NCBI GenBank assembly: GCA_030595795.1
Contig: JAUVCH010000003.1
Location: 1,173 to 65,172 of the forward strand
DNA from: Gammaproteobacteria bacterium
GTDB taxonomy: Bacteria > Pseudomonadota > Gammaproteobacteria > GCA-001735895
Reading direction: 5' to 3'
DNA: 64,000 nucleotides
Positions 36,170-43,982 of the stretch are shown piece after piece. The translations under genes were made by a program, and so were the position numbers. Numbering within the stretch: position 1 is the stretch's first letter; each line of letters begins with the position of its first letter. The notes below the pieces were generated by a model, which did no database searches, was not told the origin of the DNA, and saw only the letters and a list, made by a program, of their open reading frames with translations.

Positions 36170-36324
36170 ATTAGATTTACCTGTTTGTCCAGCTCATCCG
36201 CTGGCTAGATTTGTTATACAAAGGTGTTTCACTTGTGGCTTACACCTAGCAGAATAAAACGATCTTCGTCATCATTAAGAAAGTCATCTGCCTGTTACTG
36301 CCTGGTTTCGAAAAATCTAACGGG

Positions 36325-37257
36325 TTAAAAACTACCACCCATTGATTTTTCTGTGGTTGTTTGTATCTCACTCTTGAGCCAGTCGAGTAGTCTTTCAAAC
36401 CGGTTTGTTTCGGCAAAGCTGGCGGAACAGACCAGCCAGTAGCCGGCTCGCATACGGACGGATACGCCGACAGGCTTGAGATATCCAGCCTCAACATCCC
36501 CTTCGACAAGGAGTGTTCGGCCCAGGCCGACACCCATGCCGCCAATGACTGCCTGAAGCATCAAGTCGGCACGATCGAATTGATAGTCAGGCTTAAAGTC
36601 ATCCTTTACCAATCCGATTTTTGAAAAGTAGTAATTCCAACTAAAATCAGTGTCATCGGTTTCGCCACGGCGATCAGCAAGGAAGGTAGTTTCCGAGTTG
36701 GCTAAAAGACTTCCATCACCGCTTCGACTACCAGGGTAGTTTGAACTCGCTACGGGCTGTATCCAACAGTGTGAGAGATGTGAAGAATGAAGACCCGGAT
36801 AAGGTCCTGGACCAAAGCGGATCGCAGCGTCGGCTTCATTTGCCTGAAAATCGACGGCTTCCTCCTTCACCTCTACGGATATATCTAAATTTATCGCCTG
36901 CGCATTCGGCAATGCAGGAATCAACCATTTCATGGCCAGTGAAGATGGAAGAGAAAGCTGGATCAGGTTAGTTGAACGACTACGATCAAGTTTGTCTAGT
37001 GCTGTATTCCACCCGGCCAGGGAATCAATTGCCGTCTGGCACAAAATTTCTCCAATCTCGGTCATTCGCAGTTGTCGTGTGGTGCGATCAAACAATGTGT
37101 GTCCAAGCGCGTCTTCTAGTGATCTGATTCTGTGACTTACCGCCGACTGATCCACTTTCAGTCGCTCAGCTGCTTTAGTAAAACTTATTTCCTCACCTAT
37201 TGCGGCAAGCATCGGGGAAGCCTGGACGAGTTTGGCAATTGATTCGTTTCGATCCAT
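36325..37257 (-). CDS. LysR-family transcriptional regulator
   Basis: 310 aa with an N-terminal wHTH (FTKAAERLKVDQSAVSHRIRSLEDALG..LFDR) and a LysR substrate-binding domain. It is divergent from the PhzF-like gene. Confidence 0.88.
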   Translation of the reverse strand: MDRNESIAKLVQASPMLAAIGEEISFTKAAERLKVDQSAVSHRIRSLEDALGHTLFDRTTRQLRMTEIGEILCQTAIDSLAGWNTALDKLDRSRSTNLIQLSLPSSLAMKWLIPALPNAQAINLDISVEVKEEAVDFQANEADAAIRFGPGPYPGLHSSHLSHCWIQPVASSNYPGSRSGDGSLLANSETTFLADRRGETDDTDFSWNYYFSKIGLVKDDFKPDYQFDRADLMLQAVIGGMGVGLGRTLLVEGDVEAGYLKPVGVSVRMRAGYWLVCSASFAETNRFERLLDWLKSEIQTTTEKSMGGSF

Positions 37258-37359
37258 ATTAATGAATTAATCTCATGTTTATATGAGTTCCAATATCATG
37301 ATTAACACTTTAAATTAGCCGTATCAATACTACCAACTTCAACCATTTCGGAGAATACC

Positions 37360-38271
37360 ATGAAAAAAACTCAGGTCACTACAAAAACCATTCCGGCCCA
37401 GATCGTCAACGGTTTCGTCACTGGCGGCATTGGCGGCAATCCTGCAGGAGTCGTGCTCGATGCCGACGAACTCAGCGATTCCGAAATGCTTAGTATTGCA
37501 GCGAAAATAGGCTTATCTGAAACGGCATTCGTTTCTTCGTCAGATACAGAGGGGTTTAAACTCGACTTCTTCACACCAAACCGTCGAATCGCCCATTGCG
37601 GTCATGCGACTATCGCAACGTTTTCCTATCTTGCGGAACTTGGGCGTATTTCCGATGGGGAAACGTCAAAAGAAACCGTCGATGGCCCGCGCAAAATATC
37701 GATCAAGAATGGCGCAGCCTATATGGAACAATTAGCACCTAAATATCGGATGCCGGGCGACTGGGAAAAAGACGACGTAATGCTGGCTGACGTTCTCCAA
37801 TCTCTCGGCATAAATGAGAGCGATCTGAACATCAGTATCAGCCCATTATTTGTGAACACTGGCAATAGCTTTATCGTCGTTGGTGTGGAAGACGGAAACA
37901 CGCTAAGCGGTTTAAAACCTGACTTCGATCTCATCTCAGTCATCAGTGAAAAACTAGACCTGATTGGTTACTACGTTTTCACGACCGATAGCAATGCAAC
38001 GGATAAAGATGCTACAACCCGGATGTTCGCACCGCGCTATGCAATTGATGAAGAGTCCGCGACGGGTATGGCGGCTGGACCTCTAGCCTGCGTGCTCCAC
38101 GACTACCTTCACATCGATAAAGATAAATTTTTAATAGAACAGGGTCGATTCATGGAGCCTGCATCACCCAGCCTGATCACGGTGGAGCTCAGCGTTGAAA
38201 ACGGTAAAGTTCAAAACTTAATGGCAGGCGGGCATGGGAAGGTTTCGAAAAGCCTTAGTATTGATTATTAG
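37360..38271 (+). CDS. PhzF-family (diaminopimelate-epimerase fold) isomerase-like protein
   Basis: 303 aa with GNPAGVVLDAD, SETAFV, FFTPNRRIAHCGHATIA and a second-half ESATGMAAGPLA. Confidence 0.85.
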   Translation: MKKTQVTTKTIPAQIVNGFVTGGIGGNPAGVVLDADELSDSEMLSIAAKIGLSETAFVSSSDTEGFKLDFFTPNRRIAHCGHATIATFSYLAELGRISDGETSKETVDGPRKISIKNGAAYMEQLAPKYRMPGDWEKDDVMLADVLQSLGINESDLNISISPLFVNTGNSFIVVGVEDGNTLSGLKPDFDLISVISEKLDLIGYYVFTTDSNATDKDATTRMFAPRYAIDEESATGMAAGPLACVLHDYLHIDKDKFLIEQGRFMEPASPSLITVELSVENGKVQNLMAGGHGKVSKSLSIDY

Positions 38272-38474
38272 GAGATGGTGTAATGGCGGATCGGTAAATT
38301 TTCTGTTCCAGAGGTAGAGGCGGACACACTTTTCAAATGTTTCATTAGTACCGAAGCTTACCTGCTGGATTCGAATCTGGAACGGCTGCTACCTGGAGTG
38401 GTCATAGAAATCTGAACATCGAATGCGTACTCGGTGCCCATAGCCAACTTTCAGCTAGAGGATGATATTTTGGG

Positions 38475-39278
38475 TTACAGCACCAGTAATGCAGTTCCTG
38501 CAATAATAAATCCGGCTCCGGTTACGCGGCCAAACAATACTCCACTAGAGAACAATTTCTCGATCAGGACAAATAATGCTAGCCCTGCAATCCAGTAAAG
38601 GTTCATCACGCCACCTGCGAATAGCAGCGCCATCAAAAACCAACAGCAGCCAAGGCAATAGGTTCCATGATGGAGTCCCATTACCAAGGCACCTCGATTT
38701 CCCGGGCGCCGATGTCGGGTTATAAACTCGACAGGCGACCGACAGTGGCGAAGACAGGCCTGTTTGATCGGGAAAAATTGCCAGACACCTGCCGCTAGTA
38801 ATAGGCCTGCTGTTAGATAGGCGCTCTTACTGTGCATCATGGTTGACAACAATCCGTTACTTTCCAGCACTAACTGCCCGACCATCGCCACCAGGCTAAA
38901 AAGAAACCAGACGAGCAAATATCCGAAAGTGAAGAATGCTGCTGTCCCATAGGGCGGGCGGTCCGTTGTTGATCGTCTGTTAAGTGCGGCAGTAAGCAGT
39001 ATCGTGGGGGCGGCACTCGGTAGCATCATTGCTATCATCATGACCCACCACATGGCAAGCAAGACGAAAATATAGCTCACCCCAGACATGGGCATAACCA
39101 TATTGTGCCCGCTCACAGCTGTCCATGGCATTCGCGACATGTCAAGCGCACTCGAGCCCATTCCCACTCCGGACATGGTATAAACCCAGGCAAGCACGGC
39201 GACCAAAACCAGCGCACCCATTACAATTTGGTGGTCACGCCTTAGTAGTCGTTCCACAGAACTCAGATTATCAGCCAT
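38475..39278 (-). CDS. DUF2182-family integral membrane protein (predicted metal-binding)
   Basis: 267 aa with 6-7 TM helices, Met-rich segments (MVMPMSG, WWVMMIAMMLPSAAP) and the Cys/His motifs CLRHCRSP and HHGTYCLGCCW. Confidence 0.7.
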   Translation of the reverse strand: MADNLSSVERLLRRDHQIVMGALVLVAVLAWVYTMSGVGMGSSALDMSRMPWTAVSGHNMVMPMSGVSYIFVLLAMWWVMMIAMMLPSAAPTILLTAALNRRSTTDRPPYGTAAFFTFGYLLVWFLFSLVAMVGQLVLESNGLLSTMMHSKSAYLTAGLLLAAGVWQFFPIKQACLRHCRSPVEFITRHRRPGNRGALVMGLHHGTYCLGCCWFLMALLFAGGVMNLYWIAGLALFVLIEKLFSSGVLFGRVTGAGFIIAGTALLVL

Positions 39279-39287
39279 GGCGCTGAC

Positions 39288-39929
39288 TCAGGCGCGTACG
39301 ATACCTGTGCCGGAATGCTTGAGTATGTTCCATTGCCCGTAACTGTCTGCCAGATTCAACTCGATCGCCGATTCAGTACCCGTTTTTGAACTGGCACTAC
39401 CCATCTCGGCTACTTCAAACTCTATCCCCCCCGGAATTACGATTTGTGCCCGATGTACGCTATCTGCGGTGTGATCTGGGCGGATTGGTTCGCCTTTCGA
39501 TTCAAGCACACCCGGAATTGACGAACTTGCGGTCACTTCGCCCATATCAACTTCAAGTTCTATAGGTTTGTATAAGGTTGGGTGAATGGTGTCTGACATC
39601 GCGTTGAATACCCACCAGTGGGTCGCACCTTCTTCCGTTTCTTTGCCATGAAGAATCGTTTCCAGTGCAGTACGTTGTTCCTCGCTAGCATTTTCGTCAA
39701 TTACCGCCTGTAATTCTCCCTTGCCTTCTGAAATAAGTCCGGGCCATGCATAGAACATGGCGATTTTAAGACCGCCTAAATCCACGTTTTCGAAATATCC
39801 CTTGTCAATACGTAAAACTTCGAAGCCGCGGCAGGTTCCGTCAGTTGGATCAGCTTCAAACTGACACGGGCAACCGTAGGCACAGTTACAATTTCCGTAC
39901 TCTATTCCTTCTACATACCAATCTTTCAT
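39288..39929 (-). CDS. DUF1326-family protein (Cys-rich N-terminus)
   Basis: 213 aa. The N-terminal YGNCNCAYGCPCQFEADP motif is characteristic. It lies immediately upstream of, and in the same direction as, the DUF2182 gene. Confidence 0.7.
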   Translation of the reverse strand: MKDWYVEGIEYGNCNCAYGCPCQFEADPTDGTCRGFEVLRIDKGYFENVDLGGLKIAMFYAWPGLISEGKGELQAVIDENASEEQRTALETILHGKETEEGATHWWVFNAMSDTIHPTLYKPIELEVDMGEVTASSSIPGVLESKGEPIRPDHTADSVHRAQIVIPGGIEFEVAEMGSASSKTGTESAIELNLADSYGQWNILKHSGTGIVRA

Positions 39930-40071
39930 GATTATTTCCTCGCTTGAGTGAATAGACTAAAGGGTGTGCGGCACATTTATAAAATGTTTTTTTAAGAAAG
40001 CTTTCATAAGGTACCAATTCCACTTTGTCCGAACAATCGACAGAAAGTCATATAGTATCTATAATTCGTCA

Positions 40072-40908
40072 ATGGAACATACCGCCAATTTGCTGAGCCC
40101 GCTAGATTACGTGGAGTCATTAGAAAGCCTGACGGTTGATTCCATGCCATGCTTTGCTGGCTTAGCGATCAGGTATGATGCTCATGAGGTCGAAGGATGG
40201 CATTACCATGAAATGGGACACCTCCTCTATGCCATATCAGGCTCAATGCGCGTGTCTACGCGGGACAATATCGTGCTGATCCCTCCCACAATGGCTGCGT
40301 GGTTGCCATCAGGCATACACCACCAACTAGAAGCTCTAACCAGTACCGAGATGAGAATTATCTTTGCTCGTCCCGACACTCTCTCGACCGATGATAGTAA
40401 AGGTCGCCTCCTGGCAGTTTCTTCTCTTCTACGTGAGTTGATCCTCTCTTTCACCTCGCCCTTAATGTCACAGGCATCCAGGCGACGCCGTACAGCACTA
40501 AATGAAATTTTTTCAACTGAACTAGCTGAATCCACAGAGATACCATTGTCTTTACCCATACCTTCCGACAAGAGAATCCGACCAATGGCTGATGAGGCAT
40601 TGGCAAATCCAGGGGAGATTACATTAATTTCCGCATGGGCGGCGAAAACTCCGGCAAGCCGAAAGACGGTCGAGCGGCTCTTCCTGGAAGAAACGGGACT
40701 ATTGCCATCGCAGTGGTTAAGGCAGGTACGTTTGATCAAAGCCGTTGCGGAGCTTGCTAAGGGGCGCTCTGTAAGTTCGATTGCTCTTGATCTTGGATAC
40801 GCAACACCGAGCAGCTTTACCTACATGTTCCGACAGGCCCTTGGTGTTCCGCCAAGTAAGTTCTTACGTGGCGGGGCAACATTGATTCCTCGCTTCGGTC
40901 AGCGATAG
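40072..40908 (+). CDS. AraC-family transcriptional regulator with an N-terminal cupin domain
   Basis: The start is taken at ATG 40072 (MEHTANLL...). It has a cupin region (WHYHEMGHLLYAISGSM) and a C-terminal double HTH (IALDLGYATPSSFTYMFRQALGVPPSKF). Confidence 0.85.
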   Translation: MEHTANLLSPLDYVESLESLTVDSMPCFAGLAIRYDAHEVEGWHYHEMGHLLYAISGSMRVSTRDNIVLIPPTMAAWLPSGIHHQLEALTSTEMRIIFARPDTLSTDDSKGRLLAVSSLLRELILSFTSPLMSQASRRRRTALNEIFSTELAESTEIPLSLPIPSDKRIRPMADEALANPGEITLISAWAAKTPASRKTVERLFLEETGLLPSQWLRQVRLIKAVAELAKGRSVSSIALDLGYATPSSFTYMFRQALGVPPSKFLRGGATLIPRFGQR

Positions 40909-41050
40909 GCGCTTGCCAATCCACGTTAAATGTCCGAATATCCGGGTCGGAACACAGATTTCTCTAACTTTATTAGCAATAATTGTGATCTGACCCCAGT
41001 TTTCAGGACTCCAGTTTTCAGGAATAATAAACCTTCACTTTAATCCAGGC

Positions 41051-41335
41051 TCAATCATCACTCGGCGGCGCAAGCCTCACACAAGCAACAATAAGCTTAG
41101 ACACATAATCAGAAGGGTCACGAGGCTCAAGCTTGTCCCCGGCCTTTACGACAGCCTCGATTCTGGCCTCTAAGTTGGCCCGATGGGAATCTACCGGGTA
41201 GGTCTCTAGTCCGGTTAGCTCGCGAATGTCGGGGGAGACATTCGGGTCAGGGGCGAAGTCCAGTTTGCCCGTATCAACCTGGCTTAGGAGATCAATGGCT
41301 CGTTCCAGATCGGCCAAAAGTGGAGTATGTGTCAC
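41051..41335 (-). CDS. Hypothetical protein (94 aa)
   Basis: The ORF has plausible codon usage. No family is recognised. Confidence 0.35.
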   Translation of the reverse strand: MTHTPLLADLERAIDLLSQVDTGKLDFAPDPNVSPDIRELTGLETYPVDSHRANLEARIEAVVKAGDKLEPRDPSDYVSKLIVACVRLAPPSDD

Positions 41336-41462
41336 GTTTCTTTCCTGTGTAAGTTGGCAGAGGTAATTTTATATCCTCGAAGTATACCCCGCCTTTTAGC
41401 TTAATGTTCGTTCCCGGTCGTGAGTTACCGGTCGTAGTAATTATGTGAACGAGTGCTTACGA

Positions 41463-41636
41463 CCCAGACTGTGTGAAAACTATTTGCCAAATATTAATGG
41501 GGTGAATTGGCGTCTAAATTTGACCAGAATTGAACATAGAGTGGTTAATTGGAAATTAAATTTGAATGATTTATAACTGGAAGTGGGGAATAGTTTTGAG
41601 CCAGGGTTAACTTTTCGAGTTTTCACACAGTCTGGG
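41463..41636. mobile_element. MITE-like element: 174 bp bounded by perfect 19-bp terminal inverted repeats
   Basis: CCCAGACTGTGTGAAAACT (41463-41481) is the exact reverse complement of AGTTTTCACACAGTCTGGG (41618-41636). The interior is 136 bp, AT-rich and without an ORF. Confidence 0.5.
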
Positions 41637-41670
41637 CCAACAGCTGTCATTGATAAAACAATTAATGAAT

Positions 41671-41757
41671 GAGAACATGTGAGAACAAACAGTCACATAT
41701 CACAGTATTCGCGCTATCAACATATCACGATATTCGGGACAGTCACATAAGCACCTG
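41671..41757 (-). repeat. Intergenic modular repeat, copy B (inverted relative to 15517-15580, with an extra internal ~25-nt module)
   Basis: The reverse complement reads CAGGTGCTTATGTGACTGTCCCGAATA[TCGTGATATGTTGATAGCGCGAATA]CTGTGATATGTGACTGTTTGTTCTCACATGTTCTC. The bracketed part is absent from copy A. Confidence 0.65.
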
Positions 41758-41875
41758 ATCCCACCACGCCGAGAGCTCATGCGGTGTCGTTGCGCGGATG
41801 GAATTGTGAACAACCCAGCTCGAGATACCGGTTTGCTGGTGGAGGAGGGACCGAAGCTTCAGTCCAGTACGTGCG

Positions 41876-42817
41876 CTACTTGTCCTCGACGAGTGCGACC
41901 CGCCGATTCAACGCACGCCCCGCTTCGCTGCCATTGCTCCCAGCGGGTGCCAAGTAGCCAACCCCCGCGCTCTTAAGTCGCGAAGAACTGATCTTGAACT
42001 CGGTCTCGAGAGACTTCACCACTGCTGCGGCCCGACGCTCGGACAACTCCATATTGTACGCGTACCCACCCTGATTGTCGGTGTGCCCGACGACGATGAT
42101 CTTCATGCTCGAGTTGTTGCGCAACAGTTCCCCGATCTCCCGCATCGTGGGCGCGGACGATTTCTGGACCGTTGCGCTACCGGTATCGAAGTAGATGCCA
42201 TAGAGCGCGACCTTACCAGTCTCACTGATGCTGGCCCGCATCTTGTCCGCGTCGACCATCCGGTTTTCCATGGTCTTCGTCTCGACAGCGATCAAACGCA
42301 CGCGCTGGCCGTCGCCACCGCTGTGAGGACTGACGAGCAATGAAATGTAGGCAGTCGAGCTACCCTTGGTTTGTTTCGCGGACAGATACCAGATCTTGCT
42401 GCTCAGAGAAGTGGACTGGAGCTTCTCGACGGGATGCTTGTACTTGAACTTATAGTCGTTGATCTGTTCCGGGCCGCCGGAGAAAATCGCGACATATCCC
42501 GCCTCGGCAACGCGATTTTCGAAGTTGCGAAACACTTCGAGAGGGGAGGAACCCTTCGGAACCTTGTAGACGATTCGAGTAATGCGACCTTCGACGGTTG
42601 TCGCGGTGGTTTTCGCGTCTGAGTCCTTGAGTACGGGACCGGTAGCCAACGTAGTCTCGCCATAGTTCTCAGTCGCGTAGAACTCGATCTCCGAGCCCTC
42701 GAATCGACCGACGCCCGGGTAATCAGCACTCCCGGCTTTGTCGGCCCCGAAGCCCGCCGAGGCGTACGCAAAACTTCCCACTAAAACGAGCGAGGCGAGT
42801 TTTCTAATGAACATCAT
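41876..42817 (-). CDS. OmpA-family protein (C-terminal OmpA/peptidoglycan-binding domain; N-terminal DUF4892-like domain); visibly GC-rich
   Basis: The start MMFIRKLASLVLVGSFAYASA is a signal peptide preceded by GGAGGA. The C-terminus IVVGHTDNQGGYAYNMELSERRAAAVVKSL...NRRVALV is a canonical OmpA_C domain. Confidence 0.85.
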   Translation of the reverse strand: MMFIRKLASLVLVGSFAYASAGFGADKAGSADYPGVGRFEGSEIEFYATENYGETTLATGPVLKDSDAKTTATTVEGRITRIVYKVPKGSSPLEVFRNFENRVAEAGYVAIFSGGPEQINDYKFKYKHPVEKLQSTSLSSKIWYLSAKQTKGSSTAYISLLVSPHSGGDGQRVRLIAVETKTMENRMVDADKMRASISETGKVALYGIYFDTGSATVQKSSAPTMREIGELLRNNSSMKIIVVGHTDNQGGYAYNMELSERRAAAVVKSLETEFKISSSRLKSAGVGYLAPAGSNGSEAGRALNRRVALVEDK

Positions 42818-43059
42818 GATGAATCCTCCGGTGCGGTCTTGTAAAAGTAGGCGCCAAGACAACGAAGCTAAGTATAAGAAGTATAAAAGCTATATTTCCA
42901 GATAACCAACTCCAATAATCCAGAATTCCCACCGCGTATTTGGCATCGAGTATTCCGAAAATTCCAGAAAAGCTTCACAAACCAGCCAAATTTGCACTTA
43001 TTTTACTGCCGACATCAACATCTATGCAATAGCCCCCCTGCTGCCACTATCAGGTTTCA

Positions 43060-43330
43060 GCTCAATGGCAAGAACACAATAATCTAACAGTGGAAGAGAG
43101 TTGTTCGCCTCATGGTGCCTGCTGTTGGTGTGGTGGCGCTCTGGTTTCTGGTAACGTCTCTGAATTAGATGGTAGCCTATCATTTTTTTAAGATGCGACA
43201 GGATCTTGTCTATGACCTCTTGGTCTTCAATGCAGGCAATGACCTTGACGGGGCCACGTTCGGATTAATGTTGAATACCCTTCTCTTGAATGTCTCCTGT
43301 GGGTCCAGGCTAATGGAATGAAGACGACAT
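43060..43330 (-). mobile_element. Relic of an IS91-family (rolling-circle, HUH) transposase gene: C-terminal fragment, frameshifted
   Basis: The minus-strand translation gives ...ETFKRRVFNINPNV in one frame, then RGPVKVIACIEDQEVIDKILSHLKK in another. Together they mimic the conserved IS91-family C-terminus (..LLKRVF.ID...CP.CGG.mkIIA.I....VI.KIL.HLGL). No N-terminal part is present. Confidence 0.45.
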
Positions 43331-43383
43331 GGTTTGCTAAGAATGTTATCGTCTGGCGAAATTCTTTGATAGGAGCTCGAACA

Positions 43384-43808
43384 ATGCACCCAACAGAAAA
43401 GGTTGTCCGTCAGTTTCACGAGTCCTGGGACATGCGCGACCCGGACAGAGGTGCGGCAGTAATTGCTGATGATTGCGATTTTGAGGATGTTGCTCGCGAC
43501 GAGAAGCAGACGGGGAAGGAAGCTTACAAGGTTGATTACTATCGGTGGCGTGAGGCCTTCCCGGATGGGCTTTGCAAAGTGGAGAATGTTATTGTCAGTC
43601 AATGTGGTGAATGGGCTACGGTTGAGTTTCGCAATACGGGCACACATTCTGGAATTCTTCGTTCAGCCTGGGGGATTTCCCGCCAACTGGTAAGCAAGCC
43701 GAAGTCCGCTATTGCTCGGTGATGCGTGTCAAAAATGGGGTGGTAGTGGAGGGCCGTGATTATTACGACAGCGCTACTATAGCCCGGCAGTTGGGATTGG
43801 TTGACTAA
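43384..43808 (+). pseudogene. SnoaL-like/ester-cyclase (NTF2-fold) gene with a frameshift at a G5 run
   Basis: MHPTEKVVRQFHESWDMRDPDRGAAVIADDCDFEDVA...EFRNTGTHSGILRSAWG runs in one frame. After GGGGG (43670-43674) the family-typical continuation DFPPTGKQAEVRYCSVMRVKNGVVVEGRDYYDSATIARQLGLVD* lies in another frame, ending at TAA 43806-43808. Confidence 0.65.
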
Positions 43809-43982
43809 AATGCTTCCCTAATGCATGTGACCGTTTCGGCAAGTTATTATACACCGGTGGCTGATCGGCTACTTCTTGCACATTTTTGACGATTTTCCGA
43901 GACCTGCGTCAACGGCTGCAGTTGGCCAATGCCGTTTTAAACGTAAGGCGCGCACGTGCGCCGAGTCATTTTCGAATCCTTG

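Noticed and set aside
38272-38474. A possible gene relic in the 203-bp convergent gap (the minus strand reads MGTEYAFDVQISMTTPG...).
   Set aside because: Only about 25 codons remain before a stop, and there is no recognisable family. It cannot be distinguished from chance.
15517-41757. The two inverted repeat copies could be the terminal inverted repeats of a 26-kb transposon or island.
   Set aside because: The enclosed DNA carries core housekeeping genes in conserved gammaproteobacterial synteny (yaaA, mltF-tadA, guaBA-xseA, tRNA-Ser) and no transposase or integrase. A dispersed repeat family is the simpler reading.
43210-43647. The 145-aa minus-strand ORF as an intact gene.
   Set aside because: Most of it is antisense to the SnoaL-like gene. 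Only its last ~40 codons (43210-43330) resemble anything, namely the IS91 transposase relic.
43950-43961. The perfect 12-bp palindrome GCGCACGTGCGC.
   Set aside because: It is short and loop-less, so it is not a terminator. It occurs once and is plausibly chance in GC-rich spacer DNA.
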